Below, one piece after another: positions 1 through 8,669 of a stretch of DNA of 64,000 nucleotides; within the stretch, counting starts at the first letter, position 1, and each line of letters begins with the position of its first letter. Under the pieces are notes generated by a model. That model was not told where the DNA came from and made no database searches. It saw only the letters and a program-made list of their open reading frames with translations. Origin of the DNA: an uncultured SAR86 cluster bacterium (GTDB lineage Bacteria; Pseudomonadota; Gammaproteobacteria; Magnimaribacterales; AG-339-G14); the NCBI GenBank assembly GCA_902527995.1, contig CABZRA010000001.1:20923-84922 (forward strand), read 5' to 3'. The position numbers were made by a program, and so were the translations under genes.

Positions 1-2
1 CT

Positions 3-2192
3 ACTGACCCAGGTGTAATTATGGTGATTGACGGAATTGCCCAGCCTAGAATTTCAACTATGACACAAAATTTTAACGACGTTGAACGCTTAGAAATTCT
101 AAAGGGACCGCAAGGAGCACTTTATGGTACCAATGCCCTTGGTGGAATAGTTAACGTTGTTTCAAAAAAAGCAACTCAAGAGCAAATGGCAAGATTAAGT
201 ATAGGAGCAGGAACTATTGGCTTGGTTACTTCAGATTTGATGATTCAAGGAGGGGTCACTGACTCGGTCTCTGCAAGATTTAATCTTCAAAAAACTACCG
301 ACGATGGCACCATGACTGAAACAACTTATGGGAATAACAATGGGGCAGATGTTCAGGTCGCAAAATTACAATTTTACGGTGAAACCAATGCTGGCGAGTG
401 GAATGCTTCGTTATCTCATATAACTTTAATGCAGGATGCGGTAATATCTGAACCTTACTTCTTATGTAATTCTGCCAATCCTCTAGCTCATTATGTTTTA
501 ACTCCTGCAGTCCCTGGAAGCACAGATTTCTGTACATCTCTTCCTGCTGCAAATGTTGATGGAGTTCAAGGTGCCAAAAATACCGCTAATGCAATTTATG
601 CTGATTCAATTGCGGATCCTCGAGCTCAAGAGTTAACCACTGATGGTTTTAATTTTACTGAAACAATCAATTTAGGATTGAATTATCAAGTGGATTATGA
701 CGATTATTCTCTTACTGCGCTTTTTGGATACCAAAAGGCTAATTCTGGAGAATCAAGAGACTTTGATTCGTTTGTTTCAGACGTAATGATTCAAAGTCAT
801 GGAGCTGATACTGAAACTATGACTTTTGAATTAAGAGTAGATTCTGAAACAGATTCTGGAATTACTTGGTCTGCGGGTCTATATGCTATGCAAGATGAAG
901 GAACAAGAAGCGATAACTTCTCAACAGGCCCAGCTGGCTTGCCTCATGCTTTTGTTTTAGGTTCAGCAGTAGCAATGGTAAATAACGCTAACGGAACAAC
1001 ATTGAATCCATTAGCAAATCCAGCTGATATGGCATCAGTTATTGCAGGAGTTAATGCTTGTGCTCAATCCGGGACTTGTGCAGCCTATGCTACTCCTACT
1101 ACTCCAAGAGGCAATAACTTTAATGGCACTACTGATCTTGCTAACTTTAATAATGTTCTTGCAGGTGGGAGATTTGACAACATTGCTACAGTCAGTATTG
1201 ACACTGAGGTAACGGCAATTTTTGGAAGCGTTAAATTTCCTTTAGCTGATGATTTATCTTTGCTTTTAGCCGGAAGATATACCGACCATAGTAAGCCGTA
1301 CACTTATACAGGAGCAACTAATGGAATCGGTGTGATACTAATGCCAGCTCCGTTCGATACAGGCGAAATCTCTATTGAAGCAGAAGAATTTACTCCTAAG
1401 GCTACTTTAGAATATGTATTTGATGATAGCCTAGCTTGGTTCACTTATTCCAATGGTTACAAAATTGGCTCACCAAGTTTTGCGCAATGGTCTGCAGCTG
1501 TTGCTAGTGTTCCTTCAGGAGATGAAGAAATAACTATGATGGAAGCAGGTTATAAAACTACCTTTGGTAATGGCAGCCAGCTTGAGTTGATTTATTACGA
1601 TTATGATTATGATAATAAACAAAATCTACTAGTTGCTATGGGACCTACTGGACCATATGGAAAATTAGTATTCGGAGATGCATCAATTTCTGGACTCGAT
1701 TTAGCGTTTAGAACTTTACTAGGTCCAGCAACTAAATTGTCTGTCGCTTATGCTTATATTGATGGCGCATGGGATGATTTTGTTAACGACGCAACTTATG
1801 GTGCTGGTTCAAGTAATCCTAATGGAAAACAGATGGCAGGTTTACCACTACCATTTACTGCAGATAACAATCTTTCTTTGAGTTTGGAACATGTTCAATC
1901 AACAGAATTGGGTGATATTGCTTATACTGCTTCCTATGCTTACAAAGATAAATATATCTTGTTTGTAGAAGACTATCCTGGAGTAGTTGATGTTGATCCA
2001 TACTCTCTATTGAACTTTGACATGACTCTTTCAACTAACGAAGGTTATGATCTTTCGCTGTTCTGCAAGAATTGTTTAGATGAGCAGTACTACAATGTAG
2101 CTCTTATGTTACCAAGAGCTTCTGGAGGAGGAGCAAGAAACCAACTTGCACAAGGAAGACAGATCGGAGTTCAGTGGACTTCTGAATTCTAA
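3..2192 (+). CDS. TonB-dependent outer-membrane receptor (5' end cut by window edge)
   Basis: The frame is open from nt 3, with no stop before the annotated ATG at 21. Plug-domain motif LEILKGPQGALYGTNALGGIVNVVSKK. Long G/N/T/Y/D-rich barrel ending ...GVQWTSEF with a terminal aromatic residue. Confidence 0.9.
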   Translation, partial: TDPGVIMVIDGIAQPRISTMTQNFNDVERLEILKGPQGALYGTNALGGIVNVVSKKATQEQMARLSIGAGTIGLVTSDLMIQGGVTDSVSARFNLQKTTDDGTMTETTYGNNNGADVQVAKLQFYGETNAGEWNASLSHITLMQDAVISEPYFLCNSANPLAHYVLTPAVPGSTDFCTSLPAANVDGVQGAKNTANAIYADSIADPRAQELTTDGFNFTETINLGLNYQVDYDDYSLTALFGYQKANSGESRDFDSFVSDVMIQSHGADTETMTFELRVDSETDSGITWSAGLYAMQDEGTRSDNFSTGPAGLPHAFVLGSAVAMVNNANGTTLNPLANPADMASVIAGVNACAQSGTCAAYATPTTPRGNNFNGTTDLANFNNVLAGGRFDNIATVSIDTEVTAIFGSVKFPLADDLSLLLAGRYTDHSKPYTYTGATNGIGVILMPAPFDTGEISIEAEEFTPKATLEYVFDDSLAWFTYSNGYKIGSPSFAQWSAAVASVPSGDEEITMMEAGYKTTFGNGSQLELIYYDYDYDNKQNLLVAMGPTGPYGKLVFGDASISGLDLAFRTLLGPATKLSVAYAYIDGAWDDFVNDATYGAGSSNPNGKQMAGLPLPFTADNNLSLSLEHVQSTELGDIAYTASYAYKDKYILFVEDYPGVVDVDPYSLLNFDMTLSTNEGYDLSLFCKNCLDEQYYNVALMLPRASGGGARNQLAQGRQIGVQWTSEF

Positions 2193-2221
2193 GTTAGAAC
2201 TTATCATTTAAGTTTATTCAT

Positions 2222-2254
2222 AAAAAAGCGCCTGATTAGTTAGGCGCTTTTTTT
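2222..2254. terminator. Bidirectional rho-independent terminator between convergent genes
   Basis: AAAAAAGCGCCT-(8 nt loop)-AGGCGCTTTTTTT. A perfect GC-rich 6-bp stem is flanked by an A-run on the left and a T-run on the right. It sits exactly between the TBDR stop (2192) and the wHTH gene stop (2253). Confidence 0.8.
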
Positions 2255-2738
2255 ATTTTGGCTCTTGAAGCTCAGCTATTACCTCATTAATTTGTTCAAG
2301 AGAAACGCCAACTTCTTTTTCGAGGATGTCTTTGACGTGAGGCCCTAGGGAATTAACCAAAACTTCAAATAATGAAAGATGCATTGCTACCATTGAAAAA
2401 GCTTCTTCAGTTGGATGATACTCAATTACTCTTTTATCTCTGCTAGGAATTTTTTTGAAATAGCCCTGTTTAGTAGCTCTACTAATTAATCTTTCAATAC
2501 TTCTTGTATTTAAATTAGTGGTACCCACTAAATCACTCATAGTAAAAAACCCTTTGGTTACAAAATTGGAAACCATAATTAATCTGATCAGCTCGTATCG
2601 ACTGTCATTGACATAAACCTGATTCCAATCCGAAGTTTCAGCAAATTTAGCTATTACCTCGTACTTTTTTAGCTCAAAAGTTAGCATGGCTTCCGAAAGC
2701 AGTTTTAGGCTAGCAAGGTTTTTTAATTTATTTTTCAT
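2253..2738 (-). CDS. Winged-helix (MarR-like) transcriptional regulator, putative
   Basis: 161 aa. The segment MSDLVGTTNLNTRSIERLISRATKQGYFKKIPSRDKRVIEYHPTEE resembles a MarR-type HTH plus wing. It is divergent from the sulfatase operon. No family-specific motif was verified. Confidence 0.45.
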   Translation of the reverse strand: MKNKLKNLASLKLLSEAMLTFELKKYEVIAKFAETSDWNQVYVNDSRYELIRLIMVSNFVTKGFFTMSDLVGTTNLNTRSIERLISRATKQGYFKKIPSRDKRVIEYHPTEEAFSMVAMHLSLFEVLVNSLGPHVKDILEKEVGVSLEQINEVIAELQEPK

Positions 2739-2772
2739 AAAGATCGAAAAAATTAAATGTTATATCTTACTT

Positions 2773-2781
2773 TGTTAGAAT
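2773..2781 (+). promoter_or_regulatory. Possible extended -10 promoter element for the sulfatase operon
   Basis: TGtTAGAAT (TGn plus a TAnnnT hexamer) lies 44 nt upstream of the ATG at 2826. I saw no convincing -35. Confidence 0.25.
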
Positions 2782-2825
2782 AGCACTTCCTGGGGAGGAT
2801 TTCTTAAGCCAATTACTGCAGATAA

Positions 2826-4385
2826 ATGAAATTTTTTTTTCTTTTAATAATCGCTCTTGTATCAAGTTGCTTAAAAGCAAACGAGAAGCCCAATATAATA
2901 ATTATTTTAACTGACGATCTTGGCTGGGGAGACGTCTCTTATCATGGAGGTTATATTCCAACCCCAAACATCGATCAATTGGCCCAAGATGGAATGGAAA
3001 TGAATAGGTTCTATGCCAATCCAGTCTGCAGTCCTACCAGGGCATCATTATTGACTGGGCTTCACATTTTTAACCATGGGGTTGTGCGACCCTTTATGAA
3101 TCCTGCAGCCGAACAAACGGGTATGCCACCAGAATTAAAAATTATGCCGCAGTACCTTAAAGAGGCAGGTTATCAAACTGCCTTGTCTGGAAAGTGGCAT
3201 CTTGGAATGGCTAATGAGAAATTTTTACCAACCAATAGAGGTTTTGAAACAAGTTATGGACATTTGACAGGTGGTATAGGCTATTTTGATCATACAGCAG
3301 CCGGTCGATTAGATTGGCATAGAAATGAAAAATCATTAGTCGAGGAAGGTTATTCAACTGAGTTAATTGCTAATGAAGCTATAAATATCATTGAAAATAA
3401 AGATAACAATAGACCTTTATTTTTATATATTGCTTTCAATGCACCGCATACACCGATACAAGCTCCAAATAAAAATATTGAATCTTTTTCCTATTTAGAA
3501 GATAAAAAAGATAGGGTATACGCTGCAAATGTAAATGCCTTAGATCACGAAATAGGGAGGATAATTAAAGCTATAGAAAATAAAGGGATACTAAAAGAGA
3601 CAATTATTATTTTCTTTAGCGATAACGGTCCGGTTTTCGATGTAGATCCAATAGTCAAAGTCATTGCTCCTAATTTAGTTAATGCCAGAGGAAGTACGGC
3701 TGGATTGAGAGGTAGTAAAGTTTCAGCTCTCGAAGGAGGAATAAGAGTTCCTGCAGTAATTTGGTGGAAAGGAAAAATAGAAAACTCAAAATCTGAACAA
3801 TTCTTTTTTGTGCAAGATTTATTACCAACTCTTTTAACCGCGGTAGATATAGAAGTAGATAATGCTAAATTTGACGGTAGAGATAAATGGAAGAATTTAA
3901 TAACGAACGAAATTACCCCACCAATTAATGCTTTAGTTGGGGCAAGAGTTATTTCAGACGAAAGGGCTTTGTTTGATGGGGAATGGAAGCTATATTCAGC
4001 AAAACCTCAATTAATTCCAGTGTCACCATCATATAGTTTATTCAACATTATTGAAGATCCCTTTGAAACTAATGATTTATCTGAAAACGAACCCGAGATC
4101 TTTGAAAGCATGAAAAAAATTCTTACTTCATTACCAGAAAAAGATGTTGTGGGTGATATGAACCCAGCTCATTCTTATCTTCACGGCGATGATAGGCAGG
4201 GAGGCACTGAATTAGGCTCTCCTTGGTTAGAAGGCGATTACGAATTAAACCCTCCACCTTCAATATTTTTATCAATTCTAATTACGATTTGGATTTTAAT
4301 CTTAGCTTTTAAAGAGTATTTATTGGCTCTTCTAGTAATTATTTTAACACCAGTCATATTTTTTAAATTCATAAGAAAATCATGA
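2826..4385 (+). CDS. Cys-type sulfatase (arylsulfatase B / S1-family-like) with C-terminal hydrophobic anchor
   Basis: IIIILTDDLGWGD metal-binding start. Formylglycine signature CSPTRASLLTG. Also SGKWHLG, FNAPHTP and FFSDNGP. The N-terminal signal peptide has a lipobox-like LVSSC. The C-terminus has two ~17-aa hydrophobic segments: SIFLSILITIWILILAF-KE-YLLALLVIILTPVIFF. Confidence 0.9.
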   Translation: MKFFFLLIIALVSSCLKANEKPNIIIILTDDLGWGDVSYHGGYIPTPNIDQLAQDGMEMNRFYANPVCSPTRASLLTGLHIFNHGVVRPFMNPAAEQTGMPPELKIMPQYLKEAGYQTALSGKWHLGMANEKFLPTNRGFETSYGHLTGGIGYFDHTAAGRLDWHRNEKSLVEEGYSTELIANEAINIIENKDNNRPLFLYIAFNAPHTPIQAPNKNIESFSYLEDKKDRVYAANVNALDHEIGRIIKAIENKGILKETIIIFFSDNGPVFDVDPIVKVIAPNLVNARGSTAGLRGSKVSALEGGIRVPAVIWWKGKIENSKSEQFFFVQDLLPTLLTAVDIEVDNAKFDGRDKWKNLITNEITPPINALVGARVISDERALFDGEWKLYSAKPQLIPVSPSYSLFNIIEDPFETNDLSENEPEIFESMKKILTSLPEKDVVGDMNPAHSYLHGDDRQGGTELGSPWLEGDYELNPPPSIFLSILITIWILILAFKEYLLALLVIILTPVIFFKFIRKS

Positions 4386-5023
4386 AATTACCTTTATGGC
4401 TGAGATGGACTATTTTTGGAGTTATAGTTTTTACTTCTCTTATCTTACCCTTAATACTTTTTGAGAGTCCGCTTTCAAAATATGGAGAAATTGCATTGAA
4501 TTGGGCAGGGGATAACGAGTTGTTAGTGTCTTTAGTCGTAATAGTTGCCCTTACAGCTGATGTAATTTTGCCGGTTCCTAATGGGCTGACTAATACCTTA
4601 GCTGGAGTTTCTCTGGGCTGGGCGATAGCGTCTTTAGTAGTTTGGGTGGGTCTTAATTTAGGAGCTTGTGTAGGTTATTTCCTAGGTCGTTTTGCTGCGA
4701 GGCCATTGGCTCAAAAAATGATTAGTGAAAGTGACTTTAGTGAGGCTGAAAAATCCCTTCAAAATTTCAGTACCATAGGATTGATTCTTTCTAGACCAGT
4801 TCCAGCTTTTGCAGAATTGATAACAATAAGCGCAGGTCTAGCAAGAATGTCTTTTATTAAATTTATCCTAGTAGTTGGAATTGTAAATATTGGAGTTGCA
4901 GTTGTATTTTCAGGTATTGGCGCTGCAGCTATGGAAGCTAATTCTTCAACTCTAGCATTTATCGGAGTTGCTGTATTACCAGCCTTATTCTATTGGGCTT
5001 ATATCAAGTTTTATAAAAAATAA
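4382..5023 (+). CDS. VTT-domain / DedA (TVP38/TMEM64-type) integral membrane protein
   Basis: 213 aa and polytopic. LPVPNGLTNTLAGVSLGW...GACVGYFLGRFAARPL resembles the SNARE-associated/VTT core. Its start overlaps the sulfatase stop as ATGA. Confidence 0.7.
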   Translation: MKLPLWLRWTIFGVIVFTSLILPLILFESPLSKYGEIALNWAGDNELLVSLVVIVALTADVILPVPNGLTNTLAGVSLGWAIASLVVWVGLNLGACVGYFLGRFAARPLAQKMISESDFSEAEKSLQNFSTIGLILSRPVPAFAELITISAGLARMSFIKFILVVGIVNIGVAVVFSGIGAAAMEANSSTLAFIGVAVLPALFYWAYIKFYKK

Positions 5024-5030
5024 CTTTAAC

Positions 5031-7517
5031 TTAAAAAGACTGTTGGTAAGTTAATTTCCATTCTTCACCAGGTGCATAGTAAGTAGTTTGGATACTTGCT
5101 AGAACGGGATCTCCAAATTGAGCATAACCATAAAGTTCATCAGTTATATTTTTTCCAACTAAGGTTAAAGTCTGTGAATCGGAAATCTGCAAACTTGAAG
5201 TAAAGTCTAAAGTGGAATAATTATGAAGCTGTGAATAATCATATAATTCCGTAGTCGTAAAATCGTCTCCAACGTGTGTCCAACTCAATGAAGAAGAAAT
5301 CGTTTTAGAATTTAAAGAAAAAACATTTAGTAATGTAATGTTGGTTCTTGACTCAGGACCTTCAGCATCGTAAGCAAATCCGGTTAAATCGTTTCCATTA
5401 TCGTCTACAAACTCTATATATTTACCCCCGTAAGCCCCTCTTGAAGCAAGAACTGAAAAGTAGTCATTGATAAAAGCTTTAATTTCAATTTCGTACCCAT
5501 CAACTTCTGCTTTTTGGATAGGCACGGTAGCAATTGATGCAGCGCCACTATTCGGATCTATCCTAGCGACACTTCTTTGATTGTTGATGTAGTCAAACAA
5601 AAAGATATTTGCATTGACTTGTAATTTGCCATCCAAATAAGTTCCTTTCGTTCCAATTTCATAGTTGTCTGCGGTCTCAGCAGGAAAAGCAGAGACTCTG
5701 TCATCGTTGTTAAACCCACCAGAGGCAAATCCTTTTGCATAGGAAGCATAAAGAAGAGAGCCGTTAGGCAAAGTATAATCTAACGCAAATCTAAACGAGT
5801 CATTTTCAAATTCTTCAGTACCTATACAGTAAGCATCTTTTTGAAAGGTTCCAAATGGACCAAAGCTAATTGACGTTCCCGCGTTAAAGGTTTGAGCACA
5901 AGTTCCTGCAGCGGGAGATCTTAAACCTCCAAAACCGTTACTTAAACCAGGAATAATAGCATCAGAATAAGTTTTAACCATTTTATCTTCACTTGTAAAT
6001 CTGTAACCAAAGGTAACGTTTGTTTCAGTATTAATCGCATAAGTTCCTTCAAAAAAGAATGCATCAGACTTATTTTCTGCAAAAGTAGTTTGTTGGGAGC
6101 TAAGAGCCTGCAAGCTTTGAACAGTAGAACACAATTGAGCTACAGTAAGACTTGTTCCTGGGTTATCACAATCGTTTCCAATTGCAGCAAAAGTAGCCGC
6201 GTGAGTTTCATTAGCTCTTGCATTTACCGTAGCTTGAGTCTCGAGTGTAGTTACTCCGTCAAAATACATTGTATTTAGTTGGTTAATTCCCGATTCATCA
6301 AAAGTATAAGCACCGACAACAAAATCAAGTCTTCCGTTTAGTGCTTCACCAGACCACCTTAGTTCTATTTGGTTAGAGGTTGCATCGTTAACAATGTCTC
6401 TAGGATCTAAATAAGACGCCGAAGTTCCTGCCAGAGGACCAACAAATCTATTTCCATTTACACTAATACCAAGGCTACCATTAAGGGATTCTAAGTCAGA
6501 ATGATTAAAAATTAATTTTAATTCTCCAAAATTTGATTTGTAAGTAGTGTCTATAGTAGTTCTTTTTAAATCATCGTCTACACGAGGACTTGTTATTGAT
6601 GTTCCACTTACACCGGGAACACTAGCATTACAATTTCCTATTATGGCTAAAGCAAGTCCAGGGTCAGCAACAAAAGCTGCTCCCATAAAAGCTGAACTAA
6701 TTATACCTATCTGCCCTGTACCGTTTAAAGGATGGGATATCACCTCGCACGCGCCAAGAACTCTACTTCCATCTCTGTTGTAATTTACGTGCGAGAATAA
6801 AATATCTATATCATTTGAGAGTTTATAAATACCTGAAAGCCTAATAGTTTCGGCATCAATTGCTCCTGAGAATTCGTTACGGGTAGTGTTATATATATAA
6901 CCGTCTTGTTTTTCTTGACTGTAAGAGAATCTAAGGGCGGTGATATCTGAAATTGGAAGATTAGCCATTAAAGCTAATTCGTTCCTAGAATCTGTTCCTG
7001 CACCAACCCTTACTTTATAGTTTTGGGAATCAAAATTAGGCTTATTATAAAAAAAGGAAACCGCCCCAACGGTTGAGTTCTTTCCAAACAAGGTACCTTG
7101 CGGCCCCTTTAAAACTTCAACTCTTTCTAAATCCCAAAGATCTAGAAAGTTGCCTTGTGTTCTAGGAATATAAGCCCCATCAATATAAGTTGCAGCTTGT
7201 GACTCAGACGTAACAGAGATTCCACTACCACCAACGCCTCTTATAGTTACAGCAGCAGTCCCATAAGCTCCATTTTTGACAACCTGCAGATTTGGAGAAA
7301 TACGATCAAGATCCTCGTAAGTAAAGATTCCGATTTCCTCAATAGTTTCACCTGAAAATGCTGATATAGAGATTGGTACGGATTGAGAGTTTTCCTCTCT
7401 TTTTCTTGATGTCACAATAAGCTCTTCAGCGATGCTACTGAAAGAATTTGCTTCTATTTGAGTGTATCCAGCTACAGGATACAAAATCGTAAATAGTAAA
7501 ATTAATCTTAAATTCAT
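5031..7517 (-). CDS. TonB-dependent outer-membrane receptor
   Basis: Signal peptide MNLRLILLFTILYPVAGYTQ. TonB-box-like EELIVTSRKRE. Plug motif LERVEVLKGPQGTLFGKNSTVGAVSF. C-terminal ...KLTYQQSF. I prefer the ATG at 7517 (preceded by GGGGAGAGAA) to the TTG at 7529 used in the track. Confidence 0.93.
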   Translation of the reverse strand: MNLRLILLFTILYPVAGYTQIEANSFSSIAEELIVTSRKREENSQSVPISISAFSGETIEEIGIFTYEDLDRISPNLQVVKNGAYGTAAVTIRGVGGSGISVTSESQAATYIDGAYIPRTQGNFLDLWDLERVEVLKGPQGTLFGKNSTVGAVSFFYNKPNFDSQNYKVRVGAGTDSRNELALMANLPISDITALRFSYSQEKQDGYIYNTTRNEFSGAIDAETIRLSGIYKLSNDIDILFSHVNYNRDGSRVLGACEVISHPLNGTGQIGIISSAFMGAAFVADPGLALAIIGNCNASVPGVSGTSITSPRVDDDLKRTTIDTTYKSNFGELKLIFNHSDLESLNGSLGISVNGNRFVGPLAGTSASYLDPRDIVNDATSNQIELRWSGEALNGRLDFVVGAYTFDESGINQLNTMYFDGVTTLETQATVNARANETHAATFAAIGNDCDNPGTSLTVAQLCSTVQSLQALSSQQTTFAENKSDAFFFEGTYAINTETNVTFGYRFTSEDKMVKTYSDAIIPGLSNGFGGLRSPAAGTCAQTFNAGTSISFGPFGTFQKDAYCIGTEEFENDSFRFALDYTLPNGSLLYASYAKGFASGGFNNDDRVSAFPAETADNYEIGTKGTYLDGKLQVNANIFLFDYINNQRSVARIDPNSGAASIATVPIQKAEVDGYEIEIKAFINDYFSVLASRGAYGGKYIEFVDDNGNDLTGFAYDAEGPESRTNITLLNVFSLNSKTISSSLSWTHVGDDFTTTELYDYSQLHNYSTLDFTSSLQISDSQTLTLVGKNITDELYGYAQFGDPVLASIQTTYYAPGEEWKLTYQQSF

Positions 7518-7580
7518 TTCTCTCCCCAAGACAGAATTAATAATAATGCAATTTCTTTTGTTAGCAACAACTAAATAAGT

Positions 7581-8636
7581 TTAAAAAGCTTTTTGATAAC
7601 CAAGGATAATTTTTTCTTTACTATCCATTTGTAATCCATTTTTATTTTGATTTATTGGAAATAATATCTCAATAGCTAGTCTGTCTGAGTGATCGCTTTC
7701 GAATAAATTAAATACAGTATTAAATCCAATTCCTATTGAAGAAGAGCTACCTCCATAATTGTAAGGGTTTGCTGTTTGCACAGGGCCTGTAATATCTGAA
7801 TCACTACCTTCGATGCTTTCTTCTTTTACAAAGTTGTATCTGAGAGACCATGAAAGACTATTATTAAAAAACTTTTGAAACCAAATAGAGGTTTCATATT
7901 CATTTCCAAATGCCCAATTTTTTTCATTTGCATTTAAAGAAGACTGAATTTGAAAGCCAAGTGAATTGGTAAAAAAATACTTTTTGTGAGTATAGCCAAT
8001 ACTTAATTTGGTTGATTTATCTGAACCTTGCATTCCATAAGGCACAATCATTTCCATTTGTGAATTCATAGGAGTTAAAACGACGTCGGTCTTATTGTTA
8101 TCTCCTATTGCTTGAATGAACCCGATTTTAAAAATTGAATTTTCCGAATCGTTATCCACTATATTAATCAATCCAAATAAAGAAACTTGAGAAAGGGCTT
8201 TAGAAGAAAGATTAAAAGATCCTAATAAATTTCTATTCATCATTCCTTGGTAAGTATTAGAAATCATTTCTAAATCTTTAAACATCATCATGCCCATTAA
8301 TGTAAATTTGTCTGAAGCAGCAAACATTCCACCAAACATATACATCCTCATATCCATTTCCTGAGGCACTATGCTTAAATTAGAAGGCGCATTCTGCATG
8401 CCAGCATTTGGATTAGGGAGAGTAAGAATCTGGCTATCTGTTATGGAGCTTCCTTCAAGTAAGTTTCCTTTCATTTTCATATGGGAAATTCTAAGAGAAA
8501 CCATTATTTCTCCTTTCTTATGTGCGTGATCACCCATTACTCCTATTGGCGCATGAGAAATAGGGGTATCGTCTGTTAAAGAAAGGGGAGCAAAAAAGAA
8601 AAGAAATGGGATAAGAAATTTCACGGGCGAGTGCAT
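7581..8636 (-). CDS. Met/His-rich outer-membrane beta-barrel protein, family uncertain
   Basis: I start at the ATG at 8636, which gives the signal peptide MHSPVKFLIPFLFFFAPLSL. N-terminal HAPIGVMGDHAHKKGEIMVSLRISHMKMKG. Met clusters MDMRMYMFGGMF and LMGMMMF. Alternating beta-strand pattern ending ...ILGYQKAF. Confidence 0.6.
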   Translation of the reverse strand: MHSPVKFLIPFLFFFAPLSLTDDTPISHAPIGVMGDHAHKKGEIMVSLRISHMKMKGNLLEGSSITDSQILTLPNPNAGMQNAPSNLSIVPQEMDMRMYMFGGMFAASDKFTLMGMMMFKDLEMISNTYQGMMNRNLLGSFNLSSKALSQVSLFGLINIVDNDSENSIFKIGFIQAIGDNNKTDVVLTPMNSQMEMIVPYGMQGSDKSTKLSIGYTHKKYFFTNSLGFQIQSSLNANEKNWAFGNEYETSIWFQKFFNNSLSWSLRYNFVKEESIEGSDSDITGPVQTANPYNYGGSSSSIGIGFNTVFNLFESDHSDRLAIEILFPINQNKNGLQMDSKEKIILGYQKAF

Positions 8637-8669
8637 AATACAACAAATATATTTAAAATATTCAAAATT

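Noticed and set aside
1590-1620. Short tandem repeat GATTAT GATTAT GAT inside the first TBDR
   Set aside because: It encodes YYDYDYDNK within a beta-strand-rich barrel. It is only 2-3 units long and is a compositional coincidence.
2832-2840. T9 homopolymer at codons 3-5 of the sulfatase, and an A9/T9 run at the start of the DsbA-like gene (~9992-10000), as possible slipped-strand phase-variation switches
   Set aside because: Runs of 8-9 A/T are frequent throughout this very AT-rich sequence. They simply encode Lys and Phe runs in signal peptides and N-termini, and there is no evidence of variability from a single sequence.
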